DNA of 64,000 nucleotides from the human T2T-CHM13v2.0 reference genome, Homo sapiens. Numbering within the stretch: position 1 is the stretch's first letter; the number at the start of each line of letters is the position of its first letter. The notes below the pieces were generated by a model that was given only the letters and a program-made list of their open reading frames with translations, was not told where the DNA came from and searched no databases. A program made the translations under genes and the position numbers. The stretch lies in NCBI RefSeq assembly GCF_009914755.1, contig NC_060926.1. One strand, written 5' to 3'. Positions 44,976 through 60,076 of this stretch are shown one piece after another.

Positions 44976-46499
44976 TTTTGGAAATGTTTCTGAAAATGTA
45001 AGGCAGAAATGGATAGGAGAAGGAGAAAGAAACATCCACAGAGGATTTTCTAACATGGGAGAAATAAGAGAATATTTGTATTGCAGATAAGAATGATTCA
45101 GTAGAGAGAGGGGAAATTGGTGATGCAGGAGTAGGGAAAACTGCTAAAGCAATGCTCTTGAGCAGGCACAAGGAGATGAATCTAACACACAAGGGGAGAG
45201 GCTGGGCTAAGATAGGTATGTGGGCCACTCGTGCAGTTATAGGAGAGAAGGCAGAGAATATGGGCAGAGCCACTCGCTGGGAAGATGTGGTGGAAAGACC
45301 CTATGTGGGCTCTATTCTGATTGCTCCCATCTTCTCATTAAAATAAGAAGCAAGGTCATCAGCTGAGACTGAGGATGGGGGAAGAGGTGCTGGAGTTTGG
45401 GGAAAGAGCAGAAGGTATGAACAAATTGGTTGTCTAGAAAAGTAGCACAGTGAATGGACTGGTGAGGGGTAACACAACTGGTGAACAGCACTGAAAACTC
45501 ACTTGAGATCAATGATCACGAACTGCAGGTGAGTCAGCGCAATTGCGTGCTTCACCCAAGTCTTATCCAGCTGCAGCAACGCAGGTGCTGAGTAGGTGGA
45601 GGGTTGGATATAATCAGGGTTGTGCAAGTGAAGACAATGCAACAGAACAGCAAGACTGCAAAGAGAGGCTGATGGGCTGGAAAATAAAAAGCTCTGGCAC
45701 AGTAGCGGTGAGCTTGACCAGACAGATTTATTTCTGCTTTCTGCTTTTCCCCTCACTCCTTCTTTCTTGAGAGTCAAACATAAGAAAAAGGAAAATCTTT
45801 GCGCAGGCAGCAGCAGAAACTGAAAGGCCACAGAATGGAGAGGCAGGAGTGGGCTGTGAGTAAGCACAAGCTGGAGCTGGGTATGAGGCAGCAGAACCAG
45901 CAGCAGACTTGGCCATGTGAAGGGCTGCACATCAGAGAGAAACTCCATCAGCTCCGGCTGCTCAGGGCATGGCAGAGAACCTGGTTCCTGGGGCTGCTTT
46001 GAACTCTAAGTATGAACAGCTATCTATTTCCATTAAAGAGTATAAAAGCAAATGATAGTCATGTATTGCCTAATTTTAAAAGAATACCTTTCTATTACTG
46101 AATGACTATCGACTTACAAACAGGAGCTTTTGACCAGTTTGATGCTCCCTTTTACAGCGCTTTCTACATTTTGTGTTAAATTGTAGATACCTGAATACTA
46201 AATAGAAGTGTCTGAATAACTCTAATGTAACAGAACCAAAAGCAGCCCCATAAAGGCAAGGACCATGCCTCATTTATTCCTGTGCCTCCTAGGACATCCC
46301 TTTGTGTTTGGTAGGCAGTCCCTAAAGGGACAGGTGTGATAACTCTCAAGGGATTACACCCTGATTATATCTCACCCATTTCTACCTCCTTGAGAAACTG
46401 AGTTGCCCAAGTAGTCAGAAAGGTAGTTGCGAAATCAAGCTGTGGATATGCAATCTCTGTGCTTCGTTTGGTAAATAGTTCCAAACAAACAAACAAAAA

Positions 46500-46790
46500 G
46501 GCTGGGTGCAGTGACTCATGCTTGTAATTCTAGCACTCTGAGAGGCCAAGGTAGGCACATCACTTTGAGTTCAGGAGTTTGAGACCAGCCTGGGCAACAT
46601 GGTGAAACCCTGTCTCTAAAAAAATACAAAAATTAGCAGGGCATGGTGGTATGTGCCGGTGGTCCCAGCTGAGGCTGGAGAATCGCTTGAACCTGGGAGG
46701 CAGAGGTTGCAATGAGCTGAGATTGTGCTACTGTGCTCCAGGCTGAGTGACAGAGTGAGACCCTGTCTCAAAAAGAAAAAAAAAAAAAAA
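46500..46790 (+). mobile_element. AluJ/S with a small internal deletion
   Basis: Dimer lacking actcgggaggct in the right arm. Confidence 0.88.
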
Positions 46791-47439
46791 CATAATGCAA
46801 ATGGACTCACTCACTATACTGTCTGAACTCAACAAATAGTTCTTCACTTTCTGCCTCTTTTCAGTAAGCTGGCTTTGGTCTCTAACTCGTGGAGATTCTG
46901 CTGAAGATATTGCATTCCAACCCAGAGCTTTGGCTACCTACTGTCATTCCATCTAAGGCTGAAAAGCCATCACAGTGCTTACATAATTCTACTCAGTCCT
47001 CCTACTACTCAGGGGGAAGCAAGGAGAGATGGAACCAAGAGGAGACACTATCCTCTAACTTCCAGAAGATGAGGAAAAGTATCTGTAACTTCCAAAAAAA
47101 AAAAATCACTGATATGAGTACATTTCAAACATATTTTTACTGCCACTTACAGTAAGAAATTTTACCATATGACCCAGTAAATGCACACACATACGTAAAA
47201 CTAAAAGGTAAGACTCATAACCCTTACTATATGTAATGTTCTCTGATATTTTTCTATTCTACTTTTACCTCATTTTTAAAAAACTCTGGTCATAATATAC
47301 CAGAAGGCTTTAATGACCCACAAATGGGTTATAACCTGCAGTTTGAAATCATTAGCCTATGTGAATTAGGAAACAAAAGATACCATTGTCTTTGTTCTGT
47401 AATAGCACACAACATTTATCAACATGGAAAATAAATCTC

Positions 47440-48900
47440 CATAGTGGAAAGGAAGGGGCAACAATTACCATTATTTGCAGATAATATGACTGTATACCTG
47501 GGAATTCCAAGAGCATCAACTAAAAAAACTAAGAACTGCATAAATTGATTACTACATTAATATGTTAAAACTAATAGTTTCCTTTTATCCAACTAATAAC
47601 CTGACAGAGGACAAAGAGAAAAAAACAGCAACCATTTAGGATAAAAACAAAATATGTAGAATACTTGGGGAGAAATTTCCAGGCTCTATATGAAGAAAAA
47701 CAAATCTCCCCTGATAATCATAAAATAATTGAATAGAAGGTCATGCTTTGTTCTAGGGTGAGAAGACTCAATATAATAAAAATATAATCTTTCCCATATT
47801 AAATTTAATATAATCATAATCAAAATACAAACAAGATTTGGGGAACATTTTCACAAAATCATACACAGATTTATACAGAAAAATAAATTCGTGATAAAGA
47901 CCAGGAAAACTGTCAGGAAAAAATAAGTGAATGGGAGAACTAACCCTGCCAAATATGAAAATGTATTATAAAGCTACAGTAATTGAAACAGTTTAATACT
48001 AACCCAGAAACAGACAAAATAACCCTAAACAGAGTTCAGAGAAAGTTCTACGTGTCATATATGGGTGTTTGAATATGGTAAATGAAGCTCTTCAAAACTG
48101 AAGTGGGATAAGGAGATGACAGATTAATGATAGATGTTGCAAAAGCTGGCTGGCTTTTGGGGCGAAAAAGTTAGGGTGGATTCCTACTTTGTTATTCTCC
48201 TAAAGACTTAAAGGGTAAAAAAATTAAACTAAAATAGTGTCAGAATAAAGTATATAAAACTAAAATTTTTTGATATGGGGAGTATTAAAGCATGATCCAA
48301 ATCCTTGAAGTCTTAAAAATCATGAATGAATTTGTCAATATAAAATTTAATACACATGACTGCACAAAGATAGTTGTGTAAGGATGTTATCTGCAATATT
48401 GGTTGTAATTGCAAAGCACTGAGAACTGCATACCTGCTCATTAGTAGGGGATTGGTGAAACAAATATTATGACACAACCCAGCAGAGGATTGCTAGGCAG
48501 AAGCTGATAACAATGGGGTAGATCTAGAAGTACTGATATGGAAATGGGTTAAAGGTAATATTGTTTACTGAAAAGGAAAAGTTCCAGAACACTCTATACT
48601 CCTTTATTTTTTAAACCCATTTATTTTTACATATGTATGTATATGTACATGCATATATTTACATACAGTATATATGTAATATTTACATATAGTTCATTAT
48701 GTAATATATGTAGCATAATACTCTCTATAATATTCTACAACATTCATTTGCCCACTTAATACATCATGAAGATAGGAAGTGGTTGTTATCAACTACTTAT
48801 GGGAATTAGAATTATGGGACTCTAGATCTTTACTTGATAGTTCATATCCTTCTACACTATTTGAAGTTTGTTTTTATCATGATCTTTTAAAAAGCAGAAA
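47440..48900 (+). mobile_element. Old L1ME-type fragments
   Basis: ttatttgcagataatatgactgtatacc and tattataaagctacagtaattgaaacagt L1 ORF2-derived motifs; highly diverged. Confidence 0.65.
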
Positions 48901-50324
48901 ACACAAAACATGCCAGAACCATATCTAAGTAAGGCATACTCCCTCTTCCCCCATTTTCTGTTTCATCAGTTAAAATATATAAACCTATAAACCCATTTCC
49001 TCTGGTTGAATTCTCAGGTTATCCCAGGTCACTGCAGTATACCAGCTGGCTATTGATCAAGAATTGCTAAGGAATCTGTCTTGTGCTTGCTCCAAAAGTA
49101 GAACCAGTTTATATGAGTAATGCTAACTAGTCACTGGAATACAGTATCTGGAAGCCTATTACTGATATTTCTATAGACAAACTAAGCCCCGAAGTTGCCC
49201 TAAAGTGGCAAGTAACATTTAGTTAAGCTTAGCTTTAAAATCCAGGGTCTGTTTACTGTGTTCTAATTATTTTTCCTGAATGGCCTGCTTATCCAGTCTA
49301 GTTGGCAACAGCATGTGTAGTATGTGACACATAAAGGCTTACTTTCAGGCTCACAAAAGGAACATGGCAACATCAAATTCATGACATTCAGACATCATTA
49401 AATTACAGGCTCAAAGAAGCTCCCAAAGCACATTTGGAAGCTCCCCCTTGGTCCCAGGAACTCTCTGTCATTTTTATGAAGGCATAAGGCAACCAAGTGG
49501 CAATGGGGGGGTGACCTCTTTCATCACTCTAGGAAATCCTTCTAGATATTCCTGTAACTGTTAAGAACTGACATTTCAGGATTTTTTTTCTTTAAAAATA
49601 ATATTGTTCAAGTTGCACAGTAAGCAAACAAAAAAGATGAGTTCTACCTCTTCTCAACATTTCATACAGCTCAAAATGGAAAAATGGCAATCTAAATTTC
49701 CATTAGTAAGTTAACGACTAAAAAACTATAGTATACCAGTATATTATGCAACTATTAAAGAGAGATAACTCTCCCTCTATTGATGTGGAAGCAAGCTAAG
49801 TATGAATATGACACAATACCATTTTCTGTAAAAATAAACAACCAAAAATATGACAAGAGGTATTTGCACATGATTGAGCATGAAGAAACATACAGAAGGA
49901 GAGACACCAGGCTGTTAATGTTGACTTTAATATTGGAGAAGATAAAAATGGAAGGAAGCTGGGGAGAGACAGCTAACTTTTGCTTTTATATATCACTGAG
50001 TTGTTACAATAAGCACATAAAATATAAAAACATTTTAAATAACTTTTATAAATTGTAATAAAATATATATTTTAAAATATAACTAAAATTACAAATTATA
50101 AGAGTGGGGGAACTCAGTAAAATGGGCCACTGAGAAAGTAACACATCTTGGAAGAAAGAATCTGTGCCAGGATGACAAATTTTTACCAGATCTCAAGGCT
50201 ACAGATGAAACATGACCCATAAACTCTGAAATATCCAGTTAATAGCAGTCGATATACCCCACAAGAGGGAAGGAGCTTCACCAGTGGAGCTCGAGGTTAT
50301 AGACAATGCTAGAGAACACATATC

Positions 50325-50993
<669 letters not shown>

Positions 50994-51078
50994 TTAGGCT
51001 GGTGCAAAAGTAATTGTGGTTTTTGCCATTAAAAACAAAAAAAAAGCAAAAACCATAATTACTTTTGCACCAACCTAA
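50994..51078. mobile_element. MADE1 (Hsmar1 MITE) with TA TSD
   Basis: ta|ttaggctggtgcaaaagtaattgtggtttttgc ... gcaaaaccataattacttttgcaccaacctaa|ta. Confidence 0.95.
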
Positions 51079-52417
51079 TAGTATCCAATAAGGTAAACTA
51101 GAAATCTCAGTGTCTCGATGTTGGCCTTATTAGATATTTTACATAATTTAGCATGTTATTAACAGGATATTCTCTGCTTGTTCTGTGGACACATGCCATC
51201 TCTTCAAAAGACAGTAAGGCATCCTGACCATGTCTCACTTTACAATGAGCTAGTATTTTGATTATTTACTAAATAATCAACATTGAGCTGTACATGCATT
51301 ATTTTATATATGCCTCACCACAACCTTTGAGGGTGTTGGTTTTATTGTAACTGTCATCCCTCTTGTAACAGATAGAAAAACTGTGGCTCAAAAAGACCAA
51401 GCAATGCATTCAAGATCACACAACTAGAAGCCTGGACTCAAAGCTGGGTCTGAGCAACATCAAGTCTTCTGTGTGAACCACCAGACCCTACTACTTCTAC
51501 TCAGGCTCCCCCTCACAGGCCCAGAAGGTGGTGCCATGGTCAGTAAAGCACAGTTTTGCAATATTTTCATTCTTTAATCAAGTTGTACTGGCACTTGATA
51601 TCAAACTCCATATATTTTGAGGGTTTTAAAAAAAATTGTAGGGTCACATTAAAGAAACTATTGAAGCAATTTTTTTAAATGATGGATAAGATTTTCTAAG
51701 GCAGCTATTCCTAAGACATAGCAACTCAATATATAAAATTTCAGTGATCAAATTCATTAAAGCAGGCACTGCTGTGGAATATGAAATCTGCAGTCTCATG
51801 GCTATAGAATCAGAAGCCTGAGGAGGACAACACCCTGACGACACTCCTGTCCTACTCTGAAGAGAGTTATAAGGTGCCTGAGAAGGAAGGAATAGCTGAA
51901 CTATATAAAGTTTGCAAAATGCAGACAGAAAAGTTTTCCGGCCCTGAGGGAAAGACCAGCTAGCTGCTTTCTAGGTTGAATAATAAGAACTTGAGGTCAC
52001 TGTCTCCACCAGTGTGATCACAGGGGACAAAAGGGAAAGGGAGTGTTACCTATGTGAAACCAAGACTATTCTGCTCTCTTTCTATGTCATGTAAACTTTG
52101 TAAACTTGGGAAATGTAAAAATGTCCAAGGAAGTGAATGTCGCCGCTTGGTCAGATTTAGAGGCCAGTGAGAGTTCAGGGGAGGCTATGCCTACAGACAG
52201 ATACACATCCAATTGGATACACAGGTGAAGTGGGCAAAGTATGGCAGAGTGCTTTATTTTTCAGCCAATCACCTACCAGATACTGTTCTAGGTGCTTAAC
52301 AGCATTGTCTCGTTCATCTCATTCCACTTTACAAAGGTTCAAAGACATAAGTAACTCAGCTAAAGTCCAGAACTGAAGAATGACAGACGTGAGACTCAGT
52401 TAAAAATTCTTATTTAC

Positions 52418-52770
<353 letters not shown>

Positions 52771-53084
52771 TTAACTGTTGATTAATTCATGTTATGACTA
52801 AACACACACATCCACTATGAATATGCCACACATATTTGCTTCACACTTTCCAAGTAAAGGTAGCAGTGATGTTTTTCTTTGTATAGTTAATACAGAGATC
52901 TGTGTACCTTCCTAGAACTCACCTGGAACATCACAAGTGAGTGAAAAATAAATGTCTGTTGACTGGCTGATTAACTAAGGTAGAACTCTTAGAACCATTA
53001 GTACTTCAAAATAATGACTCACTTGCATAGTATTATACAGCTTCAAACAAGGCTTTCTTGTGCAGATGGAAGGAAGCTTCTTAA

Positions 53085-53290
53085 ACTGAAGAGTGACAGG
53101 TTTTGGAATCAGAGACCTTGATTTAAATCCTTGACTGCTACTTATTAACTTTGCCTTTGGATATCTGACTAATTTTCTAAGCCTCAGTTTCTTCATTCGT
53201 AATAAGGCAACTCCTATTACACTTATATACCACAAAGGATTTCTTGAGTAAAAGTGAGACAATGCATCAAAGCCCTTAGCATGAGGCCGA
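53085..53290 (+). mobile_element. MIR (putative donor of the copy at 44669-44802)
   Basis: gcctcagtttcttcattcgtaa core and 3' gtgagacaatgcatcaaagcccttagca. Confidence 0.8.
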
Positions 53291-55689
53291 ATTCATGGAA
53301 ATTATCATGTTGTCTCTGAATATGTGAAATTTAGGCTTTGATTTTTAGCCTGTGTAGTCTTTCCTATTTTTAACACAAAAACAGCCTAAATACAACCTGG
53401 TTATCTGAACCTAGCGAAGCACACTGTGTTACTATAACTAAATTTTTAGAAACAATCATTACAGTAGTTACAGACAAATCCATATGCGGATAGAAATCCA
53501 CTTTACTTGAATGCAGATGCTGAACTCACTCAAGAAAATTCAAGTTATTCTGTGTTTACATTCTACTACAAATTATCAAAACATGCAATGTCAATATAAA
53601 CATGAGACTTCTGATAACATTTGAAGAAATAGCATTGATAAGGCTATTAGATATTCTTCAAGATCGGATGTGTTCTTTTATTCAACTGAAGTATCAACTT
53701 TTCAAAAAGCTTTCCCTTCAAGGAATATAAAATGCCTAGACAAAGGAGATCTGGATTGCTTTCCAAAAGACTAAATCCTTTTGTTATAATTTTCCTTATA
53801 ACTGAATCTACCCAGTTTTCAAATTCCCAAACTAGTATAGATTTAGTTTTCAGGTGCTGGTGAATGAAGGAAGTCTTAAACCAGCCGTCAAAAACAAAAC
53901 TAACAAACAAAACTATATCAACTTTAAGATTCCCAAGATTTGGTCAACTAAGCAACTCAGTCTATAACAAATTTCAGTTGTAAAGTGCAATTCATGGATT
54001 TTTCTGTGCTGTTTGAAACAGAAATGTAAACAGCTTTTGCATAACGCAGAGTGCCAGAAAGCCCACCTTAATTTCCCAAGGAGCAGAAGTTCAAACAGCT
54101 CGCAGATAGTAATCCTTGACTGGAGAATTCTGGGGAGCAGCCAACTCTGTTTATTACACAGAGAACTGTGACTTTCTTGCAAGGAAAGATCATGTTTAGG
54201 CTCCCAGGAACATTCAGAGATCATAGCACATTCTGCTTCTTTGCCACTTCCTTAGGGAATCTCAGTCAAAGACCTTGGCCAAAGAAGCATGAAATGGTAG
54301 TCAGAACTCCAAAGAAATCTTGTACAAATAACTTTGCTTTAATGGTTCCCACCCTACAAAGAATAGTAAAAGGCTGTGTCATGTTGTGAAAATGATTGCT
54401 GAAAATGAAATCATGTTGTTTAATTTCAGCTCTGTGTATGAACGTGTTCTGTGCCTCGGATGTCCTGTGGTATTTAATTCCTTGGTCATTTGCCTATCAC
54501 CTGCTTCCTTCAGGGATAAAAGGCAGCCTTGCAGGGAGCAGGTCTACAAAGGTGAAAGCCTCCTCCTCATCTTTCTCTCCCAGTAATACGTGGTTGGGAA
54601 TGCCCTAGGGCCCGGACCACCTCTCATTAGGAAAACAAAATGCCTATTACATCATCAGTAAAAATGAGATTCTCTCCCTGCAGACCACTATGATTCTGTC
54701 TAACATGAACCAGAACTGCCACTACAAACCTTCGAAAAACCCTCCTATGTTTCAAGATTATAAATGCTCTCTGGGCTCTCAAAGCATAAATCATTGAAGA
54801 TGCTTTAGTTGATTTATGGTGGCCATTACATGAGAATGTATTTGGTATTTTTATGCGTCTCACTGAATAAGTTTTCTTTGTAGGACTCAGAGAGGCCTTC
54901 TCAGAGGAGACATTCAGTAGTCATGGAAAAGGCACAAATTACATTTCAACCCAGTTTCAGCAACAAATAAGTACCACTCCATATTCATTGTTTTCTCATC
55001 GGAAACCACTGAAATTAACCCATTTCAATGAATTCCTATCCGAGCAGGCCTTGTAAGTGGCTGGGTGTAATAACTATATGCCAGGAAGGCTCTTCTCCTT
55101 TCCAATCCCCCTCTCCATCAAATCTCTTTCTGCCAGTCCCAGGGTCAAGCTCTACCATTGGTGAAGTATTCTTTTTAAGTGTTAGAGTTTCATTTAATGC
55201 TGCCTTACACTATGAAAATGCAAAGAACTCTGGGAGAGGCATTATATTAAGCTTTTTTTCAGCTATTAACTCAGAGATTACTTCCTGGCTACCTGGAGAT
55301 AAAGGGAGGGATCTGAGATGCCAAGGCCTCCCAAAAAGAAGGAAGCCCTTCTCAGTTTATTTATATTTGACATGTGCTTTTGCATATTATGGATAAACAG
55401 GATATTCTGGAATGGTACCAGCTCAGAAATCAGAAAAAGCTGGCAAGGTTTCTAAGGAACCAGTGCATCACATCTACATCTACAATCTGGGGAATGTTCT
55501 GCTGGGGGTCATTCATGCTCCCCATTTCTGTAGACAGTGGATAAGTGGTGACTTGCAGATTTGCAATGGAACAATGAAATCTCATGTCATGGTGCCATAT
55601 TTGATGGCTGCTAAATGGCCACCAATGTAATGGTCAAATTCCAAAGTCCGACTTCTAATTGGCACACATGATCACTAATTTCAAGGTTA

Positions 55690-55990
55690 GAGGGCACTTT
55701 AGAGAGTTCATCTGCCAATTAAAGAACTGAATTCCATCTATATAATAAAAGCCAAGTGGTCTTCCAGCTTTTGCTGGAACATCTGCAGGGCTGAGGAACC
55801 CACCCATTCCATTTTCAGAACGTTCTGAAATTTTATTCTTATATTTTACAAAAATCTGCCTCCCTAAGACTTCTATCCATTGGTCCTAACCCAATATCTT
55901 GAGTTCCCACATAATAAGCTAGACACCCTTTACACATGACAATTATTCAAAGAGCTGAAGACAGCTATCATGTCCCCTGAGTCTTTCATG
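55690..55990 (-). mobile_element. L3/CR1 fragment
   Basis: ttctatccattggtccta and ttcaaagagctgaagacagctatcatgtccc motifs. Confidence 0.6.
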
Positions 55991-58900
55991 TACCAGAAAT
56001 GGTGAATAATAAACACACTGCTTTTGACTTAAAGAAACTGTAGCACATTCTCAGCAACTGTTAGTTAATAAGGAGAGTAAAAACCTTGCCAGAGGTCTTC
56101 TCTCAAAGTGTAATGTGCTAATAGAGCCACCTGGCCAACTATGTCAACTCTGTCCAGCAGACATGGGAATATAGCTATTTACATCTGCTATTTAGAATGA
56201 ATATGAAATAGAACATTGTGAAATCTTGGACCTACTTACTTAGCCTCTGACGAGTTATATGACACCCTCCCCAATCAAAGTTTCCATTGCCCATCTGTGT
56301 CTTTCCAGAGTAGTGTTGTATCTGGGTATAGAGGTGGTGTCAGGAAGGAATGGACCCTGCTCCACTTGCACACAGATGAGCACAGGGTATCATTGGTGCT
56401 TGGAAAGTCATTCATTTCTACTTTCACCTAGGCTGGATTTCTGTAAGTAAGACCTTTCGTGTCATTTCAAAGTTTTACCTGGATGTCAGAATGTCATCGA
56501 GAATACAAGATTTTTTTAAAAAACCAATGAGTCATTTGAAATATGAGAAAGGCTAAACTGCTATTCTTCGTCTCCTCACCAACCCTCCTACCCCCAATAC
56601 ACAAAAATAAGAATAATCAGCAATTCTCTTGTTTTTGGAGCATGGGGGGAAGGGATGGTAACATAGTTGCAAACACAGCATCAGATGTCTGATTTTGTTG
56701 TAAATACAATGGAAAGGTTCAAGGATTCGAACTGGCATGGATTTCTGTTGAAAGGAGAGATGGATTGGGAATCAGGAAATTTAAGTTCTATCAGCTCTGC
56801 CGTGTTGGCTCTGGGACCTCTGTCAGATCTCACAACTCCTTTCTCTATCTGCAGATATAATACCTTCCCTGTGTACTCCTATGAGAATCAAAAAAAGCTA
56901 GTGGATATTGTTGCAAGACATTAACCTTTTGGCTTTTCTTTTTTGCCCTTCTTTGTTGGAGATGCTCCTCCTCAGTCAGCAGCACCCACAGTGCTTCAAG
57001 AGGAATTATTACTGGCATCCAAAAAGCAGGAAGGCAGGGAGAAGAAAAGAGTCTACCCTCAGTTTTGACTTCCAAAATGATTGTGTTTTTATACACCATG
57101 TGTTTTTGTTCACCACGAACAACAGCTTTGAAAGCCAAAATGCTTGTTTTAAAGCAGTGGGTTTGGTTGAGAGAATAAAGCGCCCTTGAAAATCAACAGG
57201 AAGATGTTCAAAGAGCAAAGCAGAGGACAGTCACCTACCATTGAGAGTCAGGAGGAGTGGAGGTGAAACAAGGCCTGACCTTGGAAGAGGTTTGCAGGAG
57301 GCCCCAGACAAGGGGATCAGACCTGAGGGTCCATGCAAAATAAATGAAAATGGCCAAGGACTTTCCTTAAAAGAAAAGGTCTGGAAGTCCCCAGACAAGG
57401 CATCACCCGTGACCATTTCTGTAATCTCCCTCTGTCTCTGGGCTGTGCTCTTCTCTCTGGCAGGTGAGGAACTTGCACCCATAGTTACGGGCACTGCATG
57501 CTGGAATGAGCCCACCAAAGTGACTACCCATGACCCAACAATTTGCTGAGTGCCTTCCAAACTGCTCCATGTGAATACCCCTCTCTTTGCAGTGACCCAA
57601 GGCACTTATTTACTAGCACCCCACACTACCCAAAAAACTGATTAATCTAGACAATGGTGAAATTCACCCTGTTATGAAAGTTCTTGGGAAAGCAAAAACA
57701 AAAGCTATACAAATGGAAGGAATTAAGAAACAAATATGGAAAAAAATGATTTCATATTTCTTAAAGAAAAAAAAACCTAGCCTCTTTGGCTTTTATAAGA
57801 GCCTGGCTGAGAAGTATATAAAATTTTATATCCAAAAATCTGCCTAATTTCTAAATTTTACTCGTTAGTTTTGAAATCAATCTAAAAAAATTGTTCTAGC
57901 CTAATAAAATTTGCCCAAATAATGATTCTTAGTTTATCTACATGATTGGCAAGTGTTAACATAAATATATGTGCACAAGCAAAAAGCAGATTAATAATAA
58001 TGGAATCAAGTTTTCTTAAGAGGTATGGCTCTTTCTAGTTAATGTAACATTTATAAACAGATCATGTTCTGAGTCCTTACTCTATATACTGGAGACATGA
58101 GGTACAAGGTGCTAACTTCAAACCAAACAGCATGACACAGGAGCCTCCTTGAATTTCTAGAATCTCCCCCAAAGAGGAACCTCTGAACTTCAGTAGGATT
58201 TATACAGAAAATGGGTAAGTGGTACCAGAAGAGAGAAATGACATGAGCAAAGGTAAAAAGGCAGGAAAGGGTTAAGTGTTGAGGAAATAGAAAATTGTTG
58301 CTAAAACTGCTTCTCCAAAACAGTATGCTGGAGTAGGAAGCCATATTTCTGACCCCTCATGGCTTGGGCACATCTGAGTGCTAGTAGTTTCATCAGGACA
58401 TCCACAGACTTGGGAGGTTCAGGATTGAATTTAAGTCTCAGGTTCAACATATACTAACAGTTGGGCTCTGGGCAAGAAATTTATCCTATCGGAACTTCAA
58501 TTTCTTCATGTATAAAATGGGGGTAATCTTTGAGGTGAAGATCTTTTGTCAACTATAAGGCATTAAGGAATACAAGGGAGGGTTATGTGATATTAACTGT
58601 CTATGGTGGGCAAACATACCTTTGCCAAATGGTGGTATGATTATAAAGGATCTTGGAATAGAGATGCATGAATATATTGTCACCAGGGCTATAGTGCTCT
58701 TCTTTTAGGCTGTCCAAATAGACTAGGAAAACAGCCGAAACAGAGTATCTCTTGTCCAACTCAGTCCTGGTCTGGCTGGGTTCATTTTTGACATTTCCTT
58801 GCAGGTAGTAAATGGGAATGTACCTTCTAAGTGCTACTTCCTCATCCAGAAGAACTCTCTGTCTCTATGGCATGGGAGTGTCTAATACTTTCAGAATAAG

Positions 58901-59099
58901 GCTTCCTAGAGTCTACAACTTAGAGTTTCTAAAAGTAAAAAACTGGCTATGTTTATAAATCCATTTCAAAGGATCTGGGTAATTAGTTATTAGTTACTAT
59001 CTAGTCACAGCATGCTATGGAGGAACCATCAGGTAATTGTTAGCAAATGCCTATTTGAGCATCTTCTGTCCAGTTGTCATGCATTGTGTAAAAGTTTAA

Positions 59100-59453
<354 letters not shown>

Positions 59454-60076
59454 TGAAAAGGGAAAAAAAAAAAGAATTGTAAGACTAGCATCTCCCCTCA
59501 AGAATCTTATTGCTATGGTCTGATCAAGATGATAAGACTTACCTTCATTCATCCAACAGGTATTTACCAAGTGTGCATTTCATCCTAGACATACACATAA
59601 TACCAAGTAATGTACAAACAATGCAAAGCACCTTAAGGTTATGTGCTAAATTGTGTTATGTACCAAAAATTAATGCCTAGAATTAATGGAAAGGAGTGAG
59701 TGCTGGCTTCTTGAAGGAGATACAGCTGTTCTGGCCATGGAAGATAATACTATGATTGTAAATAAAAAATGAAAAAAAGAGAGCCTTTAGACAGAAAGGA
59801 TGAAAAAAGGCCCCAAAGTAACCCTAACATGGAGGGGATGCTAGGCAGCAAGGACTCCACCATGATTTCAATGCTCTTCTTTTCTAAGTCAGCTATAAGA
59901 AATGCTATCTAGAACTCATCAAGACATTTAACAGAGTCATTCACAAGATGGTAAAACACAAACTGTGTGAACAGATAGATTCTCCAGTGCCTGAACAATC
60001 ACAGGATGCCTACCACTGTAACAAATACCAGGCTATCTAGATAGATCTAGATCCATAGTTATCTAGAACTGTGCTG

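Noticed and set aside
53647-54224. Two adjacent minus-strand ORFs (87 and 103 aa) in non-repetitive sequence
   Set aside because: No recognisable homology, splice structure or processed-pseudogene hallmarks such as a poly-A tail or TSD.
59537-59546. Strong minus-strand donor GAAG|GTAAGT
   Set aside because: It sits at the edge of an L2-like relic, with no convincing partner acceptor or promoter.
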